Origin: Podarcis muralis
Lineage: Eukaryota
NCBI RefSeq assembly: GCF_964188315.1
Contig: NC_135662.1
Location: forward strand, 25,544,001-25,608,000
DNA: 64,000 nucleotides
Reading direction: 5' to 3'
Made by a program: the position numbers and the translations under genes. Below, one piece after another: positions 18,101 to 33,100 of this stretch; the stretch's first letter is position 1, and every line of letters begins with the position of its first letter. The notes beneath the pieces were generated by a model that ran no database searches, had not been told where the DNA came from, and saw only the letters and a list, made by a program, of their open reading frames with translations.

Positions 18101-21100
18101 ATCCCTCTGCCCAGCCCATGCCCCTCACATCACAGCTCACCTGTCTTTTTTATATAAAAAAAAGCTGAGGCTTTCAAAACTATTACAGGAGTCTGTGCCT
18201 CATGTATTTGCAAAGTTCATTTAAATCCTACTGTAACATGTAAGTGAAATCTAACAATGGCATAGCTGGAACTATATTTCATTGCAAATATATACTGGTA
18301 CTGAGCCTGTAGTGTAGGTGCAGCAAGTTAATGGTTTATCTTTGTTTCTTTTATGTTCTCTCTCCTCCTTTAAAATCCAGGTCAACACTGACGGATTAGT
18401 TCTGAGAGGCTGGTACAACTGCTTGACGCTTGCAATATATGGCTCTGTTGACAGAGTAATAAGCCATGATAGGGACTCTCCCCCTCCGCCGCCTCCGCCA
18501 CCACCCCCTCCTCAGCAACAAGCAGCTTTGAAAAGAACTCCTAAACCTGGTAAGCATTCCAAAACTAATCCAGCTAAAATTCTTTTTTTCTTTTAAAAGA
18601 AATGTAAATAGAAGTAAGTGATCCCCCCCATAGAAGTTAAATCATCTCCGTCTAAAATGTTTGTGTCTCATTACTTCTTTCAGCTGAAGTTTTTGTCTGT
18701 GATCTGTAAGTTAATGCATGCACCATTACAGTGTTTTTACTGAGTGGTTCATTTTCAGCAACTTCCCAAGTGATGCCACAGGCTTCCCATGAATTTATTT
18801 ATCTTTATTTATAAGCTCATTTATATGCCTTTTTTTTACAGCTGATGGAGAGAAAGAGGATCAGTTTAATGGCAGTCCTCCACGACCACAGCCTAGAGGC
18901 CCAAGAACTCCACCAGGCCCCCCTCCTCCTGATGATGATGAAGATGAGCCAATGCCCGTATCAGGTATTTTGGAATGTAACTTTCTTTCCATTTCTTTCT
19001 CACTTGTGTCCTCATGCATGCATAATTTAAGTGAGGAGAAAGTGTTGCTGTTTTTCTAGAAGTAGGTATATTTTCCAGCTGCAACTGAATTCACCACTGG
19101 GAAGTGGCAGTTGTGACAGGAGATATGATGCATCTATTAGGCTGCTCCATACGGGAGAATTGGAAAACATCTGTATTGGTCTATGGAGGCTCTTTGTTGT
19201 TGTTTAGTCATTTAGTCATGTCCGACTCTTCGTTACCCCATGGACCAGGGCACGCCAGCCATGGAGGCTAACCTTGCCTTAAAACTACAAAACCAAAGCA
19301 GCAGTTTATTAGCGTCCTAGCTTGAGGATGTAAATTGTATGGAAAACACACAGAATTCTCTTAGCAGAACATTAAATTACACTATGGGTATTAGTTGTCT
19401 AGCTTTCGTTGTTGTCTGCTTTCTCTTTCTTTTTGAAAATGGCAGTTGTTTAAATTAATTTTGCTGTGGATTCCAATCTTTCCAGTGGTTGGGGAGAAAG
19501 ATGACGATGTTGATCACAGAGAGGATTACTTTGAGCCCATTTCTCCTGATCGGACATCCGTTCACCAGGAGGGTCCATATTCTGATGAAGCAGAAGTGGA
19601 AGAAGACCAGCCCGAAGAAGTGGATGATGAAGAGGGGGTGGATGTTGAGGAGGAGGAGGAAGATGAAGAGGATGACGATGGTCAGACAGTAGAGAGTATT
19701 CCAGAAGATGAAGAAGAGGATGAAGAGGAGGAGGAGGAGGATGAAGAAGAAGAAGAGGATGTTGAAGAAGAGGAGGAGGGTGAAGGTAGGCAAATACAGA
19801 AACTGCTGAGGACTGAGTTGCGCTTGCATATGTGTTCTTTCATCACTTCATCACAGAACAGTTGATTTTCAGCTGAATGTGTGAACTGTCCCTAATGAAA
19901 AATATTGAGAAGTGTTCAAGCTTTATTGATAACAGATCTGTTGAAATTAATGCACCTAATGTCATATTCGTTAATTTCAGTTGGTTTACCTTGAGTAAAA
20001 TCACCCATTGTTTGATTTGACTGTGGGGCATGCAAACGTTCTGTGTTACTTAACCTGAGTCAGTCAGTTCACACTAGTTGTCTCTAGAAGCTAATAATGA
20101 TAAGTGGTATGTGTGTGTGATCTGGTCCTGAGACAGTGGAATATATGTAGTATTTTTTTGGGAAGCCAAGCACTTCAGAGGACACTAGGGAAGAGATTTT
20201 GAAGGTTTTGTGGCGTATAGGTTTTCTACCTTTTCTGTCAAAATATTATTTGTGCTATAACTGCAGTTGTGAGTCATTTTTTAAAATGTTTGTGGTCCTG
20301 TGTTGATGGGCATGGTCTGACATACAGTGACACGAGAGAGAACCTTCTCAGTGGTGGTGCCCTGATTGTGGAACTCCCCTTCATTAAGAGATATGACTCC
20401 CTCCTTTACTCATGAGTTTTAGACATCAATTTAAATACTTCTCCATATGAGGGAGGTGCAGAGGGTGGTTACACAAGAGGAGAGTTTTTCAGTGGTGGGC
20501 CCCCTTTTTGAAATACTCTCCCTAGGGAAACTTTCCTGGTATCATCAGCTTTTGGGTGATAGATGCTTCTGTTTGCTAGACTTCAGTTAGTCTCTGTTGT
20601 GCTGCTCATCTTTTAGTGGGGTACAGTAGGGCTAGTCCTTGGATGAGCATTTTAAGAGTTTTGTATTGTACATTGTTTTTCAGTTTGACTTTTAATTGAT
20701 TTAAATTATTCATATTTTATCTTAAGTTGCTTTAATACTTTTTTTGTTTGAAATGACTAACAAATAATCTTTTCATACAGTCCTTTGAGTGAGGTCTGCA
20801 AGCTGGATATGGTGGTTTGAATGTTGCTGCAGACTGGATTGAGTGGTTTCCTTGTATTTTAGTCTGGCTGTATTGTGGTATTCACCACTTCAAGATCTTA
20901 CGAGATAGACGGTGGTTCTGAAATAAATAAAAACCAAGGTTAAGAATTCTCCTTGTGGAGATAATCTAATTATATGGTGCAATTATATATTTCTCCTGTT
21001 AGTTGATACCTTTTGGTCCTGTGTGTGAGTGTGTAGCTGATGGGTTGGCAAAGCATCCTGCAAATGTTTTAGCTGCTGGGTTTCCCATGTCTATGAGCAA

Positions 21101-24100
21101 AAGGGGAGAAGATGGTTTATTTTTCAAAGCTGTAATTAATGGATGGGTGTAATTTGTTGCTTATTTTGGTTCAATGAATTCAACAAGGTAATTTTAAAAC
21201 TCTTCTTTTCAGGGGATGATGGTTATGAGCAGATTTCAAGTGATGAAGATGGAATTGCTGACTTGGAACGTGAGACGTTTAAGTACCCGAGCTTTGACAT
21301 TGAGTACACTGCTGAGGATCTAGCCAGAGTGCCACCTGTGACCTATGATCCTTTTGATAGGGAACTTGGGCCTCTTCTGTACTTTAGCTGTCCCTACAAG
21401 ACAACTTTTGAAACCGAAGTTGCTAAGATGAAAGATACAGATCCAGACAAGGAAAATTCAGGGGCAGTTGAGACCTCTACTAAATTGACCGAACTCCTAG
21501 AATTATATCAGGAGGAGAGGGGTGCAAAGTGGGTCACTGCTCTGGAAGAAATTCCAAGTTTAATAGTCAAAGGGCTAAGCTACTTGCAGTTAAAGGACCC
21601 GAATCAGGATTATATAAGCCAGTTGGTTGACTGGACAATGCAGTCATTAAACCTACAGGTAGCCCTGAGACAGCCGATCGCTTTGAATGTCCGTCAGCTT
21701 AAAGCTGGGACAAAACTTGTCTCCTCACTGGCAGAATGTGGAACTCGGGGGATAACGGGCCTGTTGCAAGCAGGAGTAATTAATTCTCTATTTGAACTGC
21801 TGTTTGCGGATCATGTCTCTTCTTCTCTTAAACTAAATGCTTTCAAAGCTTTGGATAGCGTTGTAAGCATGACTGAAGGAATGGAGGCATTTTTGAGGAG
21901 CGGCTCAGAGGTGCATGAAAAAAGTGGTTACCAGAGACTACTGGAGCTCATCCTGCTGGATCAGACAGTAAGGGTCGTCACTGCCTGCTCTGCAATTCTG
22001 CAGAAATGCCACTTCTACGAGGTTTTGTCCGAGGTCAAAAAGTTTGCTGACCAGTTAGCGGAATATCCTCCATCTCTTCCTAATCACACTGAGCCTGAGC
22101 AGGATACGGACACTGGACTCGAAAGGGGGAACCAGGAATATGAAAATGATGTGGACACTCCAATGGATATGGACAGCCTTCTGGAGTCCTCCAGTATGAG
22201 TGAAGGAGAAGTGGAGAAACTCATTAACCTTTTGGATGAGATCTTGCATTTGATGGAGACTGCCCCTCACACTATGATCCAGCCACCGGTGAAATCTTTC
22301 CCAACAACAGCACGTATTACAGGGCCACCAGAAAGGGACGACCCTTTCCCAGTGCTCTTTAGGTGAGTGGCCTTAGTTTTTTTATATGTTTCAAAGGGAT
22401 ACCTGTTTGTTTGCTTTCTGCCACTTGGTTGTTGACATGAGTACTTGTCATGCATGTCATGTGTGCTGCTTAATCAGGGTCTTTCAATGTTGGGAGATGT
22501 TCCAGCCTAGACTGTTGTCTCTTTTTCCCCTTTCCCACCCTGTGTCTTCTGTCATGCCATCTCATAACTAAACAGAACTCCTCCACTGTCTGCATCAAGT
22601 CTCTTTACTCTAATCCTTTTAAGTCTGTGAGGTGGTGGAGAACAGTGTCAGACTTGAACTGAGAAGATCTGGATTCAAATTCCTGCTCACGTTTGAAGAT
22701 TAGTGAGTGCTTGTGGGCACATCACAATTTCTCAGGTTCTATTGCAGTGTTCATTAATTCCACTGGGTCTGTTCTGAGTAAAACTTTATTGAATCCCACC
22801 CACATTTGTACACTTCTGCAGCTATTTCACGTACCATTGCATTGAAAGTAGTAATAAAAAATTCTGCCAATGTGCTATATTTTGAAGTGGAATTGAGCAT
22901 GCTGCTTCTTACATATTTCCAGGTACCTTCATAACCACAATTTCTTGGAATCTGTCACGTTGCTGTTATCCAATCCAATAACCAATGTGCACCCTGGGGT
23001 GCTGCAGTCTACCAGGGATATACTGAGGTTTTTGGCACAGTCCCAGAAGGGCCTCCTTTTCTTCCTCTCTGAGTATGAAGCCACAAACCTGCTGGTTCGA
23101 GCCTTTTGCCATTTCTCTGACCCTGATCAAGAGGAAGGTCTCCAGACTGATGGGGCAAGCGATGAAGCCTTTCCCCCATGGCTTCTTCATTCAACACAGA
23201 CGCTGCAGTGCATTTCAGAACTATTCTGCCATTTCCAGCGCTGCACAGCCACTGATGAAACTGACCATTCAGATCTCCTGGGAACGCTTCATAACCTTTA
23301 CCTGATCACTTTTAACCCTGTGGGAAGAGCTGCTGTTGCCCATGTCTTCAGCCTTGAGAAGAATCTCCAGAGTCTTATTACATTAATGGAGTTCTATTCC
23401 AAAGAAGCATTAGGGTAATTATCCTATTTTTTTAACCTTGCTTTAGGTTTTATGCTTTTAAATGGATGTTTGCAGGTTGATGTGGGTTTCACAAACTTTT
23501 AATTTGGGGTTGTTCCTTGTTATGGAACTTGGCTGCAGTACAGAATCCAACTTCTTACCCTCCTCACTTTTCTCCTTTTACGAAGCCTTTCCTTTAAAGA
23601 AGTGAACCAGGCTTTCCTTGTTCTGGGGTGGTACATGCTCATTCCTCAGCATAGTCTGAGGATACGTATGGGCTGGCCCATGAGTTAGCAACCTCTTCAT
23701 CCCAGTCAATGCTTGGTGATTTGGCTCTGATTGCTGCTGGGCGGACAGGAAATCCTTGAGATGTCTAAACAGATTTCTCACCCCCACTCTCCAATCCCTG
23801 CTTTTAAATGGGTGGGCTCAGGATAACTAGGTCTGAAAATATTAGCTCTGCAGCATATGAAGCTGTGCTACGTCCTCTGAAAAAAACAACACAAAAACAC
23901 CGTGGATGACATGAAAGAATAGCTAAAAGCAAAGCCAAACATTTTAAAACCAAGGAACAAAGGGAGCAGCGAGCACGTTGTGCTTCCTCCTCATCTTAAT
24001 GTCCTGTAAGATTGATCTTTTGCATGTCCACCAGTGTGGAGATTTGCAGGTTATCTGCACAGAAGTTCTATGTTGCACGTGACAGAAATGTGGTGGAACA

Positions 24101-27100
24101 GGAAGTGTAAGCTGCACGGCTGTTTTCTGATTCCTTCATGTTGTTTTGAGAGCATTTCATGCTTGTCTGAAACTGGCTACACAGATCAAGAGCATAATTT
24201 AGATAAACATATCTTAGATGCTGGAGTTAAAGTCACAATCGAAAGAGTGGGGTTTGCAGCTCAAAGTGGCATACACAACTTTAGCTTGTGCTAAGGAGGT
24301 GAATGTTTGCCTGTGGCATGGCTTGTATGCATTTGAAATCAGAGCCGTTCTTTATCCCTCCTGTAGGTTACTGCTTGATTCTGATCAATATAATTGACTT
24401 TTCTGTTTTGAGTTCTGAAAAGATTATGAGAAACTAAGTGGAGAAACTAGGAGAAAAGGCTGAGTCAATCAATCGCATGCCAATCATTTGCAAACTCCTA
24501 CTTGTAGTATGAACTTTTTTATTCTCCATACAAAATAATCGTTTTGTAAATGAAAATTTGAATAGTATTCTGTAAGTATATGTGTAAGGATTCAAATGTG
24601 AAGTATGTCATAATTTTCAGAAAAATCTGTTTCAGCGATTCCAAGTCAAAGAAGTCAGTTGCCTATAATTATGCTTGCATCCTTATTCTGCTGGTGGTTC
24701 AGTCCTCCAGTGATGTCCAAATGCTTGAGCAGTATTCAGCACCCCTGTTGAAGCTTTGCAAAGCTGATGAAAATAACACCAAACTACAAGGTACAGTATG
24801 TGCTGTTAATGGGGCAGTTGCTGGAAGCAGTTTAGGAGAAATCTTTTTGGAGTCTGCTAAGGCTCTCCTGACCTTCTGGTTTTTGATAATGCAAGTAATG
24901 AGATTCCTTTGGTAAATACAGATTACTAGAAAGGCTCATTGAAAAACTGTGTAGCTTTTTTGCTAGTATCAAAGAGGCTTTGAAGCACAGAAAGTTCTCT
25001 TGTTTGTGTAGCGTACTGTTCATTGGTGGGAGTCATTCAGTAACTGCAGGAAAATATTCAGTGTTTGAAATCTTCTAAGGAAGCAACGTAGGGTGCTCCT
25101 GTTCAAAGAACAAACTAAAAAAAGTCACTGGACACTGATGATGACCTGAGAGCTTCCATTGTAAGTGTGTTTCTCAAATTGGAGCTGTTGTAATCTTGTC
25201 ATGCCCACTTCAAGACAATGACTGATGAAAGGAGACCCCTTTGTGTGCAGGCTTTTACATTGCACGGTTTTACTATACATGGCTTTTTAAAGTCCCAAGC
25301 AGCCTTGGGTCAGAATATCTAGGGAACCCCACCGGCCCATGTTATCCTGCCTGGGACCTTCATTCCACTTCAAGGGATCTCCTTCAGTCCTGCATCTGAA
25401 ACAAGGCAAATAAGAGGTAGGAGAGAGAGCCTTTTTGGCTATAGTGCTGAAGATTTGTAAAGACCTCTCAACAGGTGTGCCTCACTCCTTCATGACCTGC
25501 TTTTAGCCTGGTGATAAAGGCAACATTACAAAAGTGTACCTTTATTAGAATCTTGATTTTTATCATGAATTGTGCTGTTTTAAAATGCTGTGCCGATTCT
25601 GTTTTTAAAGCTTTGTTTTGGTTTTCCTCCTGCCAGTACTTCCATTGAATTTTCAGTCTGTTTTTGTTTTTGAGAGACAAGATGGTCTTGGCTTGCATAC
25701 AATAAAGACTAAGAAATTCAAGTTATTCTGAGCTGAGGAAAAAACTTTCATTTCAGAATATGCACACAGGATGCCTTTGTAGCTAAGATGGGGTTTAATA
25801 TTGAATATTCAAGAGATCAAATGTTTGAATTATGCTGGGCAAAATTGCCTTTTGGAACAAATAGATTCTCATGGTTCAGATACTTTTTATGGCATCGAAT
25901 CCAATATTAAAACATTTTCAAAATCCTTGTAAGACTCATAAAGCTGCAACCACATACGTTGCAGTAAGTTGAATTGAAATCATAGGGATTTATTCCCACA
26001 TAGGATAGCAGACCAAGTCATACTGATTTCCCCCCACTGCTGAATGGAAGTGAACCTTTTTGATTGTTTTATTGCAAATAAGCTAACTTTTGATAAAGAC
26101 ATCCCTGGACCTATAGAAATAGATCTTCAGCAGTGTTCTTGGTGCTTTCAGCTGAAGAAATCAATTGAAATGTGGTATAATAAAGAATAATTTCAGACCA
26201 AATCAAAATTTGGCTCATATGTATGCATTGAGTCTTTATTCTTTGAATTAAAGCAGTTTTAATGTTGTATTAAAAGTTGATTTATATACAAAGGCCTGTA
26301 GCTCTAATGCTTGTCATATTTTTGCAATGCATCATTTTACATAATGCAACATTGTTCAAGTTGCCTTGTTTGTTTTAGAACTTGGCAAATGGCTGGAACC
26401 CTTGAAAACACTTCGGTTTGAAATTAATTGCATCCCAAATCTCATTGAATACATTAAGCAGGTTAGTAAAAACCATTCTCAATGCATGCATTTTCTTAAA
26501 AATCCACTCCCTAGCTATTTCATTTGTTGATCTCTTGCAATTGTATATACAGGAGGCAAAATTCTGTGTTTTCACAGTTCTGATGGCATAGGGTTATCAT
26601 AAAGTTTGCTTGGTACTCCTTTATCCAGAAATGTTTTGTTACAAGTACATTCTATATTGGACCATTTTGCACGGTGTTTTTAGTACAATCCTCATAATAA
26701 CATTTTTTAAAAAGTAGTCAATGGATTTCAAGAAGGAATTGTTGGTTCTCTGTTTCTAATAGCCCTTTTTGAAGAGCAAAACTTGATGTGACCTTATTAA
26801 TGGAACTGCTAATTCAATACAGTTTTTTAAAAGTAAATAGCAGCCATGGGGAGGGGGAAAATCAAGTTATTAGCTGGCTTTTATTCACATTGGGATTTCC
26901 ACTGGATTGGAACTACAGCTGTGGAAAGAGAGTATAGCTCCACTTCTCCATCATGGCTCCAATCAAGATTGCTTCCTTCCTGGTTGGTATTTACTTAAAA
27001 CATCTGTGTAATTATCTAGTTTGGCTCTAAGGTGTTGTGTGTTTTGTGGTGACCTTCCATTAGAATTTTCAATCCTTGTGTTACTTTTACTTGGATGCCT

Positions 27101-30100
27101 CATATAGAAAGGGTGGGAAGAAGTTTTGTAGACCAGTGCCCCACTTCTGATGAACCCCTAAATACTGGCAAGTAGATTGGACCAAAGACAGACATTGGTC
27201 TGATGCAACAAGATGGTACTTAACATTCCTAAGCAAAAGAGTACACAATCAGAATAATTTAGCCTAGATTAGTTATTCTTTAAATGTTAAAAAAAAAGTT
27301 CCATGTTGTATAAGTCAATAGATTAAAGAGATTCTAGTAAAAAAACCTAATGGCCCTAACACTCAAGTTTGAAGTCAGCCTACCGTTTGTTGCTCAGAAG
27401 CAAGTTCTCTACTGCACCTATTTTTGTTGAATATTGATCTTTAATAACATGAGTCTTATTTTTCAAATTTTATTTTAAAGAATATTGATAGCTTGATGAC
27501 CCAGGAAGGAGTTGGTCTTCCTACTGCACTTCGTGTCCTGTGCCATATTGCATGCCCTCCACCACCTGTTGAAGGTATAATACTTGCTTTTAACATGGTT
27601 CCATTTCCTTTATAAGAGTACATCAGATTTAATCACCACCTCCTATAGCCATATTGAAGTAAATTGTTTCTTTGGACCATTTTCTGTTGCTAACAGAGCA
27701 TGTAGAATTTTTGGATGGGAAAGTTAAGAGTAAAATGTAAGGATTCTGTGCCCCATGATAAATTTGGTGTCATGTAATGTATATTCTTGGTCATGGACAG
27801 AAGTCTCATGAAAAGGAATCATTTCACCTGATCTATATTTTCCTAATGACAGATCAAGGCACAACATGGTTTTTCTCTTTCCTCCCCTCCTCCATTCCCC
27901 ATTTCCTCCTAAAGGTCAGCAGAAGGACCTGAAATGGAACCTTGCAGTCATACAGATGTTCTCTTCTGAAGGAATGGACACTTTTATTCGTGTTCTGCAA
28001 AAGCTAAACAGCATCCTTATTCAGCCCTGGAGACTCCATGTCAACATGGGGACTACCCTCCACAGAGTCACTACGATTTCCATGGCCCGGTGCACCCTTA
28101 CCCTCTTGAAGACCATGTTGACCGAACTGCTGCGTGGAGGGTCCTTTGAGTTCAAAGATATGCGCATTCCTTCTGCACTTATTTCTTTACACATGCTCCT
28201 GTGCTCTATTCCCCTCTCGGGACGTTTAGACAGCGATGAACAAAAAATCCAGAATGACATTGTCGACATTTTGTTGACTTTTACCCAGGGGGTTAATGAG
28301 AAGCTAACCATCTCGGAGGAAACTCTGGCCAATAACACTTGGTCGCTCATGCTAAAAGAGGTCCTCACTTCTGTTCTGAGAATTCCTGAAGGGTTTTTCT
28401 CTGGTCTTATACTGCTTTCTGAGTTGCTGCCTCTGCCGCTTCCCATGCAAACCACTCAGGTATGTAAAAACTATCAATTATTTGTAAAAGGCAGGAAAAT
28501 TAAAAGACTGGTGAAGAGGATAGGTAGGTAACAATGGACTGAAAAAGAGTTGTGCAGTGGATCTATCCATTTGACGGATTGTATACCAACCTCCCTCAAC
28601 TTGGTGACCTCCAGTGTCATTAGATTCCCATCAGCCCCAGCCAGCATAGTGAATGGTCAGGGATGATGGGAATCGTAGTCCAGCCACATGTGGAGAGATG
28701 CAGGCTCCCCATCTCATTGAAAGGGCTGATAGAGGGGATTTGTCCTTTTGATGCTGGATGATGAGTGGGGATATTGCCTCCTTAGCTGGGAGGCAGTAAC
28801 TCTATATATTGGAGCACATATATTGGCTACAAGGGTTTTCATGATTGCCTAAAAAGCACCAGGTAGTGTGCCTTGCATGTGGTGTTGGAGAAGAACTCTA
28901 CGTTTTGGCACTCTCATAGAGTTAATTTTGCTTTTCTGACAGGTCATTGAACCGCATGACATATCGGTGGCTCTCAACACTAGGAAACTGTGGAGCATGC
29001 ATCTTCATGTTCAAGCGAAATTGCTGCAAGAAATAGTACGGTCCTTCTCTGGCTCCACCTGCCTGCCTATTCAGCACATGCTGAGACGCATTTGTGTTCA
29101 GTTGTGTGACTTGGCTTCACCAACTGCTCTCCTTATTATGAGGACTGTTTTGGATCTGCTTGTAGAAGATTTGCAAAGGTACGATTTTATACTTTGTCCT
29201 AAGGGTCTTTAAGTAGCAGTGCTAACCTGGTGACCTTCAGAAATTGTGGTCTATGACTCTCACCATAGCTGTGCCGATTAAGGATGATGGGAGTTTTGTT
29301 GAAGGCTTCTGTAGAACCTTTGCATGTTGAGGCTGGAAAATGGGCTATGCCTCTCCTATCTCATTCATGAATAGGCAGTGGCTGCCTTGGATTTAGGCCT
29401 TCTGTTTCTCTCCATGCATGGTGATGGGTCTTGAAGGATGGAGCTGTGTGATGGCTCCTCAAGCTGGGAAAACCTGAGGGCTGCAGTAAATTGCTGCATG
29501 TATGGCATGAATGTGACACGGAGAGGTAGGCATCATACAGTTGGTGATAAGAGATTCCTCCACACATGGAGAGGGCTGAAACATAGCATTTCTTTTCAAT
29601 ACAGTGGTACCTCGGGATGTGAACGGGATCCGTTCCGGATCCCCATACGCATCCTGAACGCAACGTAAGCTGCGATGGCGCATCTATGTGTGCGCGGGTC
29701 GCGTTTTGCTGCTTCCGCGCATGCACATGATGTCATTTTGAGCATCTGCGCATGCGTGAGTGGCGAAACCCAGAAGTAACGCACTCCATTACTTCCGGGT
29801 TGCCACAGAGCACAACTCGAACGCGCTCAACCCGAAGCACATTCAACCCAAGGTATGACTGTACTTTGTTAGGCTTACTGACTTGGGATACCAAAGTCAA
29901 AACTGTAGTGGTTATCTCATCTTTGCTGGCAACTAGATACACAGTTAATTAATGACCACAACCTGAAAACTATCAAATTACAGTGGTACCTCAGGTTAAG
30001 AACTTAATTAGTTCCAGAGGTCCGTTCTTAAACGGTTCTTAACCTGAGGCATGCTTTCGCTAATGGGGCCTCCTGTTGCTGCTATGCTGCTGGCGATTTC

Positions 30101-33100
30101 CGTTCTTATCATGGGGCAAAGTTATTAACCTGAAGCAACCACTTCCTGGTTAGCGGAGTTTGTAACCTGAAGCGTCTCTAACCTGAGGTACCACTGTAAT
30201 GGTAATAAGCTCANNNNNNNNNNNNNNNNNNNNNNNNNNNNNNNNNNNNNNNNNNNNNNNNNNNNNNNNNNNNNNNNNNNNNNNNNNNNNNNNNNNNNNN
30301 NNNNNNNNNNNNNNNNNNNNNNNNNNNNNNNNNNNNNNNNNNNNNNNNNNNNNNTGGAAATTTCAGATTTGAAGTTTGTTTTGTCATAAACATGCATGCA
30401 ATATATTTGTCTTTTCTAATAAGAGCATTGGTGTCACTTCAGCAACCCAGAAGACAAAGAGAAGCAGTACACTGGCCAGACTACCCGCTTGCTTGCGTTA
30501 CTCGATGCCCTGGCTTCACACAAAGCTTGTAAACTGGCTATTTTGCACTTGATTAATGGAACTGTGAAAGGGGATGAGAAGTATGCTGAAGTTTTCCCAG
30601 ACCTTTTGTCTTTAATGCGAGCTGCAGGGGACAACATTATTCACCAGCAGTGTGCTGAGTTCTTGGCTTCTATTTTGCAGTCTCTCTGCGATCAGGTATT
30701 TAAAAATGAAAATCTATAAAGAACCCTTTAATTTCATTCTGTATTGATTGTGCACATGTTGTCATGCATGCGGGCAGTGGGGGTGGGGCTGGCCTGGAAG
30801 GAGTGCAAGTCTCCCCTTAGCAAACAAGACAGGCTTGTCCAAGAAAATACGAAAAGGATGTCCCTACTCTCCATCTCCCCAGAACACCTAGCCAGCATGC
30901 CTTCAAGGAAGGAGAAAAATATACATGGAGGAAAACCAATGTAAGCTAAAAGGTGTGTGTATGTGTGTATAAACACTTCATTTGTTTCCCAGATATAAAT
31001 CTCCGCTCATTTCAAATCTCAATACACATTCCGATTGGTTCTCTCTGGTCACACCCCTGAACAACTGTATTCATTAAAAACCTGTTCTTCATTAATTCAC
31101 AAAATGCACCAAGGCTGAATCTTCTTTCAGGAATTCATGAGTTGCACCAAGACTGAGTCCCTCCTCCTTTAATTGCATTCCTAAGTCTTATAAAACTATG
31201 CCATACCTATTTCCCGAGCCAGGAAGAAGAACCTTGAAACCGTTTGGTTTCTGGCAGAGAGGGATTGTTGCTGCCATCAACTCCTACCATAAATCTACCT
31301 CTCCTTTTTCAAACTAATTGCATACAGGCTATATTTGCACAGCTATATAGTACCATCCCTATCTATTATCGCTGAGGCTGGTGGGAGTTCATTGTCACCA
31401 AAGGGCCTCAGATTCCCAATTCTTTTAGTAGCTGCTCTCAAGAGCAGGCCGTTTCAAGTTCTGCTTTATAGAGCTTGATGAAATGGCTGTTGAGTGACAC
31501 TTCATGTTTCTTTGCAAAGCTAAATGCTTTTAAATAAGGTTGGCCAGGAATCAGAAAGTAGTGCTCAAGAGATCTTTCGCTTAACGGGGTTCAGCAAACT
31601 TTTTCAACAGGGGGCCGGTCTACTGTTCCTCAGACCTTGTGGGGGGCCGGATTATATTTTTTTTGGGGAAATTGAACAAATTCCTATGCCCCACAAATAA
31701 CCCAGAGATGCATTTTAAATAAAAGCACACATTCTACTCATGTAAAAACATCAGGCAGGCCCCATAAATAACCCAGAGATGCATTTTAAATAAAAGGACA
31801 CATTCTACTCATGTAAAAACACGCTGATTCCTGGACCGTCCGTGGGCTGGATTTAGAAGATGATTGGGCCGGATCCGGCCCCCGGGCCTTAGTTTGCCTA
31901 CCCATGGCTTAGCAGGTTGTGAACAGCACTCCCTGTTCTGCATGGCAGACATTGCAGCTGTGGACAGTTTTGTAACTGTGAAGTCCTGTGGTGTGTGATA
32001 GTAAAACTTTGCTTTTTAAAAAACCCCACTCGGTTGGTGTAAGCTCTAAAGTGGCTTTTGCCATGGCCCCAAGGGATGCCTGTGTGCCTTTCTGCCTTTT
32101 GTAATACTGTGATTTCTCTTTGCAGGATATTGCATTGGTCTTGCCCAGTTCCACGGAGAGCACTGTCTCTGAATTGGAGCAGCTTTCAAATTCGTTGCCA
32201 AGCAAGGAACTCATGGCTTCCATCTGTGACTGCCTGATGGAGACATTTTCTAATGCTGAAAGCAGCTATAACTGTTTGCTGACTTGTATCAGGACAATGA
32301 TGTTCCTTACTGAGCACGATTATGGATTCTATCACCTGAAGAGGTACATTCCACAAATATACTCACACCGCAGAAATGTTTAGTTCAGCTCACTTTCCCC
32401 CCCAGTGGGCCTTACAAAGCAGAAGATTGTAATGTAATGTAATGTTAAATTTCACAGGCAACGGTAACAGCAAGCATACCAGTGTGGCATTTTTTTGGTG
32501 CTGTTAATCTTCTCTTTCCCTTGGAAATAATTGTTCAAAGCTAACTGTATAATAAAACACTCAATTTGCAAATTCCTTTTAAAAAATGATCTGGCCGTGT
32601 TCTTGTATAGTACAAATTCTTTTGTGAAGATGTTAATTAGGGCTGCTGGCTGATTAAAGAAACCTTAGTCAGTTCATCACATGGGTTTCATTAAGTCATC
32701 AGATTTGCTTTAATGTGCATGTAATTGAGCCACAATTCTGAACAAAGCATCCTTGTTTTATTTCAGGTAGTGTCTGATATGACGTAAAAGGTATTATCTT
32801 AGAAGGTGTATTCCCTCCTATATTTGAGAGGAGGAATTGTTTCTTCTAAGCTTTTGTTTTGGATTTAAAACATTTTTAAAATGCTGTTTAATTAATCAAG
32901 GACATCCTTTTAATTAACTGAAACATTGAAATACATATAAGTTCATTCAGTTGTGTTTCTGAAACTGCCTATGTTTTAAGTGCTTTAGATCTATTAATCA
33001 TATTGTTTTCATATGCTGTGTCAAAAACGGGATGGTTAACAACCTTTTTCTTTGAAACAAACATAGCTCTCTAAGAAAACACTGTGGGGCTCTTAACACT

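Noticed and set aside
19455-19829. Hydrophobic 124-aa minus-strand ORF
   Set aside because: It is the antisense shadow of the GAA/GAG-rich VIRMA exon 7.
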